From: Candidatus Sericytochromatia bacterium
GTDB taxonomy: Bacteria > Cyanobacteriota > Sericytochromatia > S15B-MN24 > UBA4093
Length of the DNA stretch: 64,000 nt
Assembly: GCA_036676985.1 (NCBI GenBank)
Contig: JAKFBU010000041.1
Span: forward strand, 96,001 to 160,000
Direction: 5' to 3'
Positions 46,143 through 55,785 of the stretch are shown here, piece by piece; the first letter of the stretch is position 1, and every line of letters starts with the position of its first letter. The notes beneath the pieces are model-generated. The model was not told the origin of the DNA. It made no database searches and saw nothing but the letters and a program-made list of their open reading frames with translations. Made by a program: the position numbers and the translations under genes.

Positions 46143-46586
46143 ATGGCCGCCCCGCTGACGCTCGACCTGTTTCCCGGCACCGACCCGCAGCTGCGCGATG
46201 CCCTCCAGGTGCGCGAGGCGGTCTTCGTGCAGGAGCAGGGCGTGCCCATCGAGGAAGAGATCGACGACTACGACGGCGTCGCATGGCATGTGATCGCGCG
46301 GGTGGACGACGCCCCCGTGGCCACGGCCCGCCTGGTCAGCATGGATGCCGACCGGGTCAAGATCGGCCGGGTGGCGACCCTTCCCGACTACCGGGGCCAG
46401 GGCATCGCCACCAAGCTCGTGAAGCTGCTCATGGAGTACGCCCGGCGCGAAGGCTTCAGCGAGGCCGTCTTGGACAGCCAGCTTGCGGCCATGCCCCTGT
46501 ACGAGAAGCTCGGCTTCGTGGCCGGCGGCGAGGTCTTTCTGGACGCCGGCATCCTGCACCGCCGGATGACCCGCAAACTGGCCTAG
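46143..46586 (+). CDS. GNAT acetyltransferase (ElaA/YjcF-like)
   Basis: REAVFVQEQGVP, KIGRVA, RGQGIA, FLDAGILH. Confidence 0.9.
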   Translation: MAAPLTLDLFPGTDPQLRDALQVREAVFVQEQGVPIEEEIDDYDGVAWHVIARVDDAPVATARLVSMDADRVKIGRVATLPDYRGQGIATKLVKLLMEYARREGFSEAVLDSQLAAMPLYEKLGFVAGGEVFLDAGILHRRMTRKLA

Positions 46587-47177
46587 ATGTCGTATGACTG
46601 GGTCGCGGCCCTCTACGACCCCCTGATCCGTCCGCTCGAAGCCCGTCACCTCGCGCCCTGGCGCCGCGAACTGATGCGCCACGTCCACGGCGAGGTGCTG
46701 GAGGTGGGCGTCGGCACCGGGGCGAACCTCGGACTCTACCCTCCAGACGTTCGCTTGACGGGCATCGAGCCGAGCGCCGGCATGCTGGAGCGCGCCCGCC
46801 ATAAGGCCCACTCGCTAAACCTCGCCGTCGATCTGCGCCAGGAGGGCGTCGAAGGCCTCGATCTCCCGTCCGATCGTTTTGACACCGTCGTGAGCACGCT
46901 GGTATTCTGCGCGGTGCGCGATCCCCTCCTGGGCCTCCAGGAGGTGCGGCGGGTCCTCAAGCCGGGCGGCACGCTCGTCATGCTGGAGCACACCCGCTCG
47001 TGCCGAGCCTGCCTCGACCTGCTCTTGAAGGCCATGACGCCCGTGACGGCGGCCCTCTTCGGGGAGCACTTCGACCGGGACACGGCCAGGACCGTCCAGA
47101 CAGCAGGCTTCTCGTTGCAGGAGAACCGCCTGCTGGGACTTCAGATCTTCCACCTGATTCGCGCCACCAAGCCCTGA
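46587..47177 (+). CDS. Class I SAM-dependent methyltransferase
   Basis: VLEVGVGTGAN, FDTVV, RRVLKPGG, LEH. Confidence 0.9.
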   Translation: MSYDWVAALYDPLIRPLEARHLAPWRRELMRHVHGEVLEVGVGTGANLGLYPPDVRLTGIEPSAGMLERARHKAHSLNLAVDLRQEGVEGLDLPSDRFDTVVSTLVFCAVRDPLLGLQEVRRVLKPGGTLVMLEHTRSCRACLDLLLKAMTPVTAALFGEHFDRDTARTVQTAGFSLQENRLLGLQIFHLIRATKP

Positions 47178-47341
47178 CGCCACGGGCCGCCTCGCGGCCC
47201 AGCGTTCGGCCGACCGCTGGAAGCCCCCTCACTCGATCGAGCGGGAGGCGGCTCCAAAACGTTGCTCACTAGCAGCCACTGTGTTAAGCTTGCCTTATGA
47301 GCTTAACCTGATATTAACGGTACCCCCGGAAAGGATGGCGC

Positions 47342-48556
47342 GTGCTCAATCTTCGCAAACCCACCGCGGCACTTCTCGGCCTCACCCTCTCGATCGCGGC
47401 CCTGTCGGGCTGCGGCCTCGACAACCGGATGCTCTCCGACCGCAACCCCAAGGTAGCGGCGCTCGGCATCGCGGACCGCACCCAGGTGCAGATCAAGTTC
47501 AAGGACAAGGCCGAGCTCGATGCGGTCGCCGCCTCGGGCGTGGACCTGTTCGAGAACGTCGACATGGAGGCCCGGACGGTCGATGCGACCGTGACCAAGC
47601 AGACCGAGGCCACGCTCAAGCGCATGGGCGTGACGTACGTCGTCACGCAGAAGCTCTCGGCCATGGCCTTTCCGGCCGGCTACATGACCGTCGAGAACGT
47701 CATGGCGGACATGCAGTCGATCGCGACGCAGCACCCGGCGGTCGCGCGCCTGGTGACCATCGGCAAGTCCCTCGAGGGCCGGCCCATCGTCGCCCTGCGG
47801 ATCACCTCCAAGCTCGACCAGACGCTGCCGTCGGTGCTCCTCACCTCGGGCCAGCATGCCCGCGAGCTGCCGCCCGTCCAGATCACGACCCGCTTCGCGC
47901 ACCACCTGGTCGAGAACTACGGCAAGGACCCCGCCATCACCAAGCTCGTCGACACCCGCGACCTGTGGATCGTGCCCCTGGTGAACCCCGACGGCCGCAC
48001 GCACGTCGAGAAGAGCGACGGCATGTGGCGCAAGAACCGCCGCGACAACGGCGACGGCTCGCGCGGCGTGGACACCAACCGCAACGCCGACGACCACTGG
48101 TCGCAGGGCGAGCGGAACAGCAGCTCGGACGCCTACCGTGGCAGCGCTCCCTTCTCGGAGCCCGAGACGCAGGCGCTGCGTGACCTGGCCAACCAGCAGA
48201 AGTTCAAGATCGCGCTCGACATGCACTGCTACGGCGGCATGATCCTGTGGCCGCCCGGCTACAGCAACGGGCTCACCAAGGACGACGCGGCCTTCCGTAA
48301 GATCGGCACGGCCATGGCCCAGCCCATCGGCTACAAGGCGGGCACGATCGCGCAGACCATCTACAAGGCCTACGGCGACCTGGCCAACTGGATGTACGCG
48401 ACGCACGGCACGCTCGCCTACGGCATCGAGCTCAACGACGGCCGCTTCAACCCGCCGGCCACCCAGGTGGAGAAGGACTGGAAGGACTGGAAGGACAACC
48501 TCCTCTACGTCCTCGACGCGGCGGGCAACCCCCAGGCGACGCGCCCGCAGAGCTAG
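47342..48556 (+). CDS. M14 zinc carboxypeptidase (carboxypeptidase T-like) lipoprotein
   Basis: LSG|C lipobox; QHARE, NPDG, WRKNR, GVDTNRN, FSEPET, DMHCYG. Confidence 0.92.
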   Translation: MLNLRKPTAALLGLTLSIAALSGCGLDNRMLSDRNPKVAALGIADRTQVQIKFKDKAELDAVAASGVDLFENVDMEARTVDATVTKQTEATLKRMGVTYVVTQKLSAMAFPAGYMTVENVMADMQSIATQHPAVARLVTIGKSLEGRPIVALRITSKLDQTLPSVLLTSGQHARELPPVQITTRFAHHLVENYGKDPAITKLVDTRDLWIVPLVNPDGRTHVEKSDGMWRKNRRDNGDGSRGVDTNRNADDHWSQGERNSSSDAYRGSAPFSEPETQALRDLANQQKFKIALDMHCYGGMILWPPGYSNGLTKDDAAFRKIGTAMAQPIGYKAGTIAQTIYKAYGDLANWMYATHGTLAYGIELNDGRFNPPATQVEKDWKDWKDNLLYVLDAAGNPQATRPQS

Positions 48557-48665
48557 ACATCGGGAGGATTTCCGCGCCTCTAGCCGACGCTTGATATTCG
48601 GAGCCAAACAGGCTTCCATGACCGGAGGGCCCGCCTGGGCCCTCCGGTTTCTGCGAGGTGCGGCC

Positions 48666-50471
48666 ATGCGACGCGGATGGGTCCTCCCCCTGGCCATGCT
48701 GCTGGGCGCATGCGACGACGTGCGCCCTCCCGTCACGCCCACCCGGCCCCCGACGCTGACGTTCGCGGAGGTGCCGGCCGGCCCGGACGAGCTGGAGGCG
48801 AGCCTCACGCTCGGCCTGGTCGACCGGGGCGTCACCACCCAGACCCTGCCCGCCGCCTGGAATGCCGTGAGCGTGCGACTGGATCACGCGACGGCCCTCA
48901 GCCAGGTCATCGAGCGCACGCTCCTCAAGGACACGGATCTGCTGGCCAACGGCACGGGGGGCTACGTGGCGTCCGGTGCGTTCGGCAGCCGCCTGCGCCC
49001 GGCAAGCAACTACGTCCTGACGGCCTCTCTCTGGAACGGGGGAGGCGGCGGTACGCTCGTCGGCGAAAAGCGTCGCTCCGTCGACCTGGTGGCAGGGAAC
49101 AACGCCGTCGTCCTGTCCATCGAGACCTATCCGGCGCTCGGTCTTGCGAGCTTCGCGCCGTCCTCCGGGCAGCAGGGGGACACCGTGACGCTCGCGGGGC
49201 AGGGCTTCAGCGTCGTTCCGGGTCTCGATCAGGTCACGCTCGGCGGCACGGCCGCAGTCGTCACGAGCGCGTCGAGCGTCTCGCTGTCCGTGACGACGCC
49301 GGACCTGGGCCCCGGCAGCTACTCCTGGCAGGTGCAGGTCGGCTCCTCGCTCGCGGCACGAGCCGGCTTCTCGATCCTCGGCACCATCGGCACGCGCCTG
49401 CCCTGGGTGGTGCGAAGCCAGCAAGAGGTGGATCCGGCCCTCGCGCTGGGCCCGAACGAGTACTTCGGCGTCTGGTCGGACCTCCAGGGCGGCGGCAAGC
49501 TCGCCATCTACGGCGGGCGGTTCAACCTGTCAGGGACCCTCGTGGGGTCGATCGCCATGGTCGGGAGCAACAGCCAGGTCGAGTCGGAGCCCTGTATCGG
49601 CTACAACCCGACCGACAACCAGTACCTGGTCGCATGGAACGAGTCCAACGGCGGCAACCGCACGCGCGCCCGTCTCGTGAACGGTGCAGGAACCCTCGTC
49701 TCGGGCATCCTGGACCTGGTCCTCGACGACTCGGCCTTGCCCCAGGTGGGCTACTCGTCCACCAACAACCGCTACCTGGTGGTCTGGGGGGACAGCAGGA
49801 ACGCCACGACCGACCTCTACGGGCAGCTGGTGGCGCCCGACGGCACCCTGGCAGGCGGCAACCTCGCGCTGGCCAGCGGCGCGGGCGATCAAGAACGGCC
49901 GGCGATCGCCTACTCCTCGAGCGCTCAGCAGTACCTGCTGGTCTGGGAGGACCACCCCAGCACGGGCGTCGCCAAGATCCGCGGGCGCCTCGTCAACCCG
50001 GAAGGGACCCTGGGGACGGGGCCCTTCGACATCGGCACGGGCACCTCCGACCAGCTGGAGGCCACGGTGGCCTACGACGGCGTGTCGGGCGACTTCATGG
50101 TCGCCTGGCGGAGCGCCCAGAGCCCCCACACCATCCGTGCGCAGCGCGTGAGCGCTACAGGCTCCCTGGTAGGCGGCGCCGTCACGCTCAGCAACGTCAG
50201 CGGCAACAAGTCCTTGCCCCGCATCGCCTACGAGCCCTGGCGCCAGAAGTTCGTGGTGGTCTGGGGCGATCTGCGGGGCGCCAACCTGGACGTGTACGGC
50301 CAGTACGTCGCCCCCGACGGCTCGCTCTGGGGCGGCAACTTCCTGGTCGCCGGCGGAGCGGGCAACCAATCGGTGCCCGACGTGGCCGCCTCTGTCACCC
50401 AGCAGAGCGGCATGGTCGTCCTCGAGGACAGCGCCAACAGCGGTGACATCTACGCTCAGCAGATCCGCTGA
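48666..50471 (+). CDS. Lipoprotein with IPT/TIG domain and seven-repeat beta-propeller-like C-terminus
   Basis: LLGA|C lipobox; FAPSSGQQGDTVTLAGQGF IPT motif; seven PxxxY...YLVVWxD repeats. Confidence 0.75.
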   Translation: MRRGWVLPLAMLLGACDDVRPPVTPTRPPTLTFAEVPAGPDELEASLTLGLVDRGVTTQTLPAAWNAVSVRLDHATALSQVIERTLLKDTDLLANGTGGYVASGAFGSRLRPASNYVLTASLWNGGGGGTLVGEKRRSVDLVAGNNAVVLSIETYPALGLASFAPSSGQQGDTVTLAGQGFSVVPGLDQVTLGGTAAVVTSASSVSLSVTTPDLGPGSYSWQVQVGSSLAARAGFSILGTIGTRLPWVVRSQQEVDPALALGPNEYFGVWSDLQGGGKLAIYGGRFNLSGTLVGSIAMVGSNSQVESEPCIGYNPTDNQYLVAWNESNGGNRTRARLVNGAGTLVSGILDLVLDDSALPQVGYSSTNNRYLVVWGDSRNATTDLYGQLVAPDGTLAGGNLALASGAGDQERPAIAYSSSAQQYLLVWEDHPSTGVAKIRGRLVNPEGTLGTGPFDIGTGTSDQLEATVAYDGVSGDFMVAWRSAQSPHTIRAQRVSATGSLVGGAVTLSNVSGNKSLPRIAYEPWRQKFVVVWGDLRGANLDVYGQYVAPDGSLWGGNFLVAGGAGNQSVPDVAASVTQQSGMVVLEDSANSGDIYAQQIR

Positions 50472-50481
50472 CCCGCGGGGA

Positions 50482-52692
50482 CTAGCCCTGGTTCGCCCGC
50501 ACCGCGAGGGCGATCCGGATGGCCCCGTAGGAGACCGATCCGCCCAGGGCCTCGAAGATGGGTTTCAGGCGCTCCGCGGCTAGCTCGTTGGCCTTGGAAA
50601 GCACCTGCTCGTACGTCTCCCGGTCCACCCAGGGCTCGGGGCTCGTGACCCTCTCCTCTTGCAGGTACTCCAGGAGATAGCCCTCGATGGTGCTCGCGGC
50701 CCGGCCCGTCTGCTCGGACACCTCGGCGACGGTGCGGCCCTGGCCGAAGGCCTCGAAGGCCGTCTCGCGGGTCGGGTTGGCACGCGGCGCGCTCGCCTTG
50801 GGGGCCGGCTTGGCGACGGTCATCAGCGGAGCGTCCCCGCCCAGCTCGAGCCCATTGGCCTCGGCACCCTGCCGCAGGGCCTCGAGCAGGCGATCGCCCA
50901 GATCGCGCGCCTTGGTCTCGCCGATGCCCTTGATGGCCCTGAGGGCGAGATCCGAGGCCGGCCGGCGGCTCGCGAGCTCGCGCAGGGTCGCATCCCCGAG
51001 CACCAGGTAGGGCGGCACGCCGCGCTCCTGGGCCATGGTGCGACGCCAGCCGCGCAGGTCCTGGAAGAGCGCCTCCTCGGCCGGGCTGAGCGGCAGATCC
51101 TCGGAGCTCTTGACCGTCTTGGCCACCGTCGCCCGCGGCATGGTGAGCTGCACCGAATCCTCGCCCTTGAGCAGGGCTCGGCCCTCGGGCGTGACCTTGA
51201 GGACCTGGTACTCCCCGGCCCGGACCAGGTAGCCGTGACCGACGAGCTGGTCGATCCAGTCGGAGAGGTCGGCAATCGCATGGTCGGCCAACAGGCCGTA
51301 GGTGCTGAGCTTGTCGTGGCCCAGCTGCAGCAGCTTGGCGGTCTTGGAGCCCTTGAGGACCTCGGCCACATGGCGCGCGCCGAAGCGCTCCTGGACCCGG
51401 ACCACGCAGGAGAGGATCTTCTGGGCGACCACCGTCGAGTCGGGCAGGACCTGGTGCTCGCCGAGGCAGACGTCGCAGGCCCCGCACGGCGTCGCCTCGA
51501 AGGCCTCGCCGAAGTAGGTGACCAGGAACCGGTGCCGGCAGGTCAGCGTCCGGCAGAAGCGGTACATCTCGCGGATCTTGTCGAGGGCATGCTGGTCGTA
51601 GGGAGTCTTGGGCTCGCCCTGGATGCTCTTCCAGGAGACGGGATCGGCTGCGCCGTACAAGAGGACGCACTCGGCCGCGAGGCGATCGCGGCCCGCGCGG
51701 CCCGCCTCCTGCTGGTAGTTCTCGATGGACTTGGGCATGCCCGTGTGGATGACAAAGCGGACGTTGGAACGGTCGATGCCCATGCCGAAGGCCACCGTCG
51801 CCACCATGAGGTCCACTTCCTCCTTGGAGAAGGCCTCCTGGTGCTGGCGCCGGGTCTCGGCGGGCAAGCCCGCATGGTACGGCAAGGCCCGGTAGCCCAG
51901 GCCCTGCAGCGTCTCGCACAGCGACTCGACGTCCGCTCGGCGGATGCAGTAGAGAATGCCCGCCTCGCCGGGGTGGCGGTCCAGGACCGCGCGGACCTGG
52001 GGGACGAGATCGCGCCGGAACTCGGCGCGGTAGAAGAGGTTGGGGCGGTCGAAGCTGCCGACCACGACCGAGGCCTCCTTGAGCCCGAGGGCCGCGACGA
52101 TGTCGTCCCGCACGGTCTGGGTGGCCGTGGCCGTGAAGGCGTGCATGCTCACGTTCGGGAACCAGGTCCGGAGCTGCGCGAGGTTGCGGTAGTCCGGCCG
52201 GAACTCGTGGCCCCACTGGCTCACGCAGTGGGCCTCGTCGATGGCGATGAAGCTGATGGCGGCCTGGCTCAGGAGCTCGAAGGAGTCGGGAGAGGCCAGG
52301 CGCTCGGGCGAGAGGTAGAGGAGCTTGAGGCGGCCCGCGCGCAGGTCGTCCACCACGCGCCGCTTCTCGTCGCTCGTCATGCTGCTGTTGAGGGATGCCG
52401 CCGCCACGCCGTTGGCGACCAGCGAGTCCACCTGGTCCTTCATGAGGGCCAGCAGCGGCGAGATGACGATGGCCATGCCGGGCTTGGCGAGGGCGGGCAG
52501 CTGGTAGCAGATGGATTTGCCGCCGCCGGTCGGCAGGATGGTCAGGGAGTCGCGCCCCGTCATGAGGGCCTCGACGGCCTCCGCCTGGTTGGGGAGGAAG
52601 GCCTCGTACCCCCAGATCCGCTTGAGCAAGTCCAAGAGGGCCGGATCCGTGGCGGCCTTGGGCAGGGCGGAGGGCGGAGCGCTGTGCGGCAT
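50482..52692 (-). CDS. recQ: ATP-dependent DNA helicase RecQ (start may be at 52740)
   Basis: PTGGGKSICYQLP, DEAHCVSQWGHEFRP, ATVAFGMGID, QEAGRAGRD, Zn-binding Cys, RQC, HRDC and C-terminal HTH. Confidence 0.96.
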   Translation of the reverse strand: MPHSAPPSALPKAATDPALLDLLKRIWGYEAFLPNQAEAVEALMTGRDSLTILPTGGGKSICYQLPALAKPGMAIVISPLLALMKDQVDSLVANGVAAASLNSSMTSDEKRRVVDDLRAGRLKLLYLSPERLASPDSFELLSQAAISFIAIDEAHCVSQWGHEFRPDYRNLAQLRTWFPNVSMHAFTATATQTVRDDIVAALGLKEASVVVGSFDRPNLFYRAEFRRDLVPQVRAVLDRHPGEAGILYCIRRADVESLCETLQGLGYRALPYHAGLPAETRRQHQEAFSKEEVDLMVATVAFGMGIDRSNVRFVIHTGMPKSIENYQQEAGRAGRDRLAAECVLLYGAADPVSWKSIQGEPKTPYDQHALDKIREMYRFCRTLTCRHRFLVTYFGEAFEATPCGACDVCLGEHQVLPDSTVVAQKILSCVVRVQERFGARHVAEVLKGSKTAKLLQLGHDKLSTYGLLADHAIADLSDWIDQLVGHGYLVRAGEYQVLKVTPEGRALLKGEDSVQLTMPRATVAKTVKSSEDLPLSPAEEALFQDLRGWRRTMAQERGVPPYLVLGDATLRELASRRPASDLALRAIKGIGETKARDLGDRLLEALRQGAEANGLELGGDAPLMTVAKPAPKASAPRANPTRETAFEAFGQGRTVAEVSEQTGRAASTIEGYLLEYLQEERVTSPEPWVDRETYEQVLSKANELAAERLKPIFEALGGSVSYGAIRIALAVRANQG

Positions 52693-52862
52693 GGGCAAGA
52701 CCTCCCAATGGGGCTCGTAGAGCGGCGGACGAGCCTCCATTAAAACATAAGTTCGACCTCCGGAGGGGGGATCGGCCGAAGCGTCATGCCCGCTGAGCCT
52801 TCCCTTGACACCCCCGCGCGGGCTGTGGGTTCATTAAGGGATCGCACCGACAGGAAGGGACC

Positions 52863-54077
52863 ATGATGGCCGCAACCAGCTCCGAGACCCGCCTCATCAA
52901 CACGCGCGAGGGGCTCACGCTCCTCGCCGCCGAGCTCGAGGGGGCCGACGTCCTGGCCCTCGACACCGAGTTCATCCGCGAGCGCAGCTACGCGCCCCGC
53001 CTCGAGCTGGTGCAGGTGGCCTCGCGCACGGGCGTCATCGCGGCCATCGACTACGGCACTCTCGGCCGCATGGAGAACGACCCGTTCGTCGAGCTCCTGC
53101 GCGACCCGACCATCCTCAAGGTCTTCCACGCGGCCGAGCAGGATCTCGAGATCCTCCAGATGCTCACGGGCTCGCCCCTCACGCCCATGTTCGACACCCA
53201 GCTCGCGGCGGGCCTGGTGGGCTTCACGGCCAAGCCGGGCTACGGAGCGCTCGTCGAGGGCGTCCTCAAGATCCGGCTGCCCAAGGGCGAGAGCATGACC
53301 GACTGGTCCATCCGCCCCCTGACCCAGGCGCAGCTGGACTATGCCCTCGACGACGTGCGGCACCTGTTGCCCGTCTTCGACCGGCTCCGCTCCATGCTCC
53401 ACGAGAACGGCCGCATGGCCTGGGCCGAGCAGGAGTGCGAGCGGCTGCAGAGCTCGGTGCTCGCCCAGTTCGCGGCCCGCGCCAACCCCGAGACCCTCTA
53501 CATGCGCGTCCGCGGGCGCGGCGGCCTGGACTCCCAGGGCCTGCACGTCCTGAGGGCCCTTGCCATGTGGCGCGAGGAGGAGGCCCGTAGGCGCGATCGC
53601 CCTCGCGGCTCCATCCTCAAGGACGAGATGCTGGTGGAGCTCGCCCGCCGCGCGCCCAAGCGCGCGCAGCAGCTGCGGAACCTGCGGGGCATCCAGCCCC
53701 GGGACCTCGACCGCTACGGCGAGACGTTCGTGCAGGTGATTGCCGACGCGCTCAGCCGGCCGAGGTCCGAGTACCCGGCGGCCGAGCCCCCCTCGGGTCC
53801 GCCCGACGAGGCGACCCTCGCCCTGGCGGACCTCCTGCAGGCCGTCACGCACACCATCGCCGCGGAGTCGGGCATCGCCGCCACCCTGCTCGCCACCAAC
53901 TCCGACCTGCAACGGTTGGCCGAGGGCTACCGGCGCGGGGAGCACCTCAACGTCAGCTTCCTCGAGGGCTGGCGCGCGGAGCTGTTGGGCGATCGCCTGC
54001 TGGAGGTCCTGGAAGGCCGCTCGGCGCTCGGGTGGGATCCAGCCGGCCAGCGGCTGCGGCTCGTGCCCCTGGCCTAG
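52863..54077 (+). CDS. rnd: Ribonuclease D
   Basis: LDTEFIRERSY, HAAEQDL, DTQLAA, DWSIRPL...YALDDV, HRDC, GWR. Confidence 0.93.
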   Translation: MMAATSSETRLINTREGLTLLAAELEGADVLALDTEFIRERSYAPRLELVQVASRTGVIAAIDYGTLGRMENDPFVELLRDPTILKVFHAAEQDLEILQMLTGSPLTPMFDTQLAAGLVGFTAKPGYGALVEGVLKIRLPKGESMTDWSIRPLTQAQLDYALDDVRHLLPVFDRLRSMLHENGRMAWAEQECERLQSSVLAQFAARANPETLYMRVRGRGGLDSQGLHVLRALAMWREEEARRRDRPRGSILKDEMLVELARRAPKRAQQLRNLRGIQPRDLDRYGETFVQVIADALSRPRSEYPAAEPPSGPPDEATLALADLLQAVTHTIAAESGIAATLLATNSDLQRLAEGYRRGEHLNVSFLEGWRAELLGDRLLEVLEGRSALGWDPAGQRLRLVPLA

Positions 54078-54115
54078 CTCCGAGAGGCAAGAACCCGAGC
54101 GGTCGTCGCGATAAC

Positions 54116-54949
54116 ATGCCTGGTCCCACCGGGCCAGGAGGCTGGATGGATCCCATCGGACGCCGGAGCGCCACCCCAAAGCCCAACCGATCGCCCGAGC
54201 GCCCCACCGAAGGGCCGCGCCCGGAGGGCCTCCTCACGCGCCTGCGCCAGGACACCTGGGCGGCGGGGGACGTCGCGGGCTTCACCCACCACCTGCAAGA
54301 CGCCATCCAGAGCAACCAGGCCCGGCGCGAGTACTACGCCCGGGTCTCCGGCGGAGCCTCCCGGGCGCTCTCCAACCACCTGATCCGGCTCGAGCGGCTC
54401 ACCTTGCCGTTCGCCTGGTACTTCGACGCGCGCGCCGACCGCTTCAACCGGCAGGGGCTCGCGGTGGTCGATGGGGACTTCGTGTCCATGCAAGCCGTGC
54501 GCCCGCCCGAAACGCCCCCCACCCACCGCAAGGTGGCAGGCCAAGCGGACATCAAGCGGCTCGACGCCTGGCTGGACACCTACCGCGCGGATCTGTCGAA
54601 GGCGCTCGACACCCGGGACTTCGGGCGGATCGCCGAGCTCACGGACACCTTGCTCTCGCGGATCGAGGGACTGGAAGCCTCGGCCGACGCCCACTTCGCC
54701 ATGACCAAGCACGTGGCCGAGTCCGTAGGCTACGCCGCCATGCACGCCCTGGACTACCACCAACAGAGCGGCGGGAAGACCGACGACCTGACGGCCCGGT
54801 TCGTCCAGCTGCAGGCCTTCGGCCTCACGGGCACCATCGGCATCGACCGGCGCGCCCAGGAGCTGCACCGGCAAGGCATCGGCATCATCGTCAACGACCT
54901 GCCCCACATCCCCTTCCAGGCGGAGTGGAGGGCGCGCCAGGCGCGCTAA
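54116..54949 (+). CDS. Hypothetical protein with an internal repeat
   Basis: Host-like codon bias; start at ATG 54116 or 54146; no family recognised. Confidence 0.65.
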   Translation: MPGPTGPGGWMDPIGRRSATPKPNRSPERPTEGPRPEGLLTRLRQDTWAAGDVAGFTHHLQDAIQSNQARREYYARVSGGASRALSNHLIRLERLTLPFAWYFDARADRFNRQGLAVVDGDFVSMQAVRPPETPPTHRKVAGQADIKRLDAWLDTYRADLSKALDTRDFGRIAELTDTLLSRIEGLEASADAHFAMTKHVAESVGYAAMHALDYHQQSGGKTDDLTARFVQLQAFGLTGTIGIDRRAQELHRQGIGIIVNDLPHIPFQAEWRARQAR

Positions 54950-55668
54950 TCGCCGCCCTTGATGGCCTCGAAGAGGGGTCTGAGCTGGCGCATGGCCTCT
55001 CGGGCCTGCCGCTGCGGCGAGCAGTCCCTACGATCGCTCTGCAACGCGAGCACGCCGTTGAAGCCGCTGGCCTTGAGGGCCGCCACCTTGGCTGGCAGCT
55101 CGGCCTCGCCCGCACTGAGCGGGATCCGCATGCTCCAGAGGCGCTCGCCCCAGCCCTCGACGGGCACGCGCCAGTCGCCCTCCACGCCCTCCAGGTCCAC
55201 GCTGACGCCCACCATGCGGACATCCGTCTTCTTGAGCCACTGCTTGAGGGCCTTGGGGGGCTGAGCGGGCAGATCCAGGGAGAGGCGCACGCCGCGCCGC
55301 TCGGCATGGGTCACGAGCTTGGGGAGGCGGGCGTCCAGGTCGGCCGGGCCCAGGCCCGCCAGGTGGATCTCGGCCACCGGTGAGGCCACCCCGTAGGCCG
55401 CGTCCACCGTCGCCTTGGCGCGGCGCAGCCACTCCTCGCCGTCCTGGGAGTGCCTCTGGTGGCGCCCGTCCAGCAGGGCCACGCGCATCCGGTGGCCGTC
55501 CAGGCGCGCCTGCAAGCGGGCGAGCGATCGCCAGTCCAACAGCTCCAGGGGGTTGGCGGGCTCCTCGAGGACCATCTCGACGGCCTCGCAGCCGATGACC
55601 GACAGCTGCTCGAGCGTCTCCTCGAGCGGGTACTCCTCGAACCCCAACGTGCTGCAGACTAGACGCAT
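54946..55668 (-). CDS. Sugar-phosphate isomerase/epimerase-like TIM barrel, degenerate
   Basis: MRLVCSTLGF...PLEETL...GCEAVEM; GFNGVLALQ; metal ligands appear lost. Confidence 0.65.
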   Translation of the reverse strand: MRLVCSTLGFEEYPLEETLEQLSVIGCEAVEMVLEEPANPLELLDWRSLARLQARLDGHRMRVALLDGRHQRHSQDGEEWLRRAKATVDAAYGVASPVAEIHLAGLGPADLDARLPKLVTHAERRGVRLSLDLPAQPPKALKQWLKKTDVRMVGVSVDLEGVEGDWRVPVEGWGERLWSMRIPLSAGEAELPAKVAALKASGFNGVLALQSDRRDCSPQRQAREAMRQLRPLFEAIKGGD

Positions 55669-55785
55669 GGCTCCCCCTAGACCGGAGGCATCGAGCCCCG
55701 GCTTACGATCTGTAACGAAGCAGCATCGTAATCCGGGGCTCAAGGAGCGTCTAGTTCAAAACGACCAAGCAGTCCCTGGGCAACC

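Noticed and set aside
50482-54077. Divergent recQ/rnd pair as a defence module
   Set aside because: Both are ordinary full-length housekeeping enzymes with no defence-type accessory genes.
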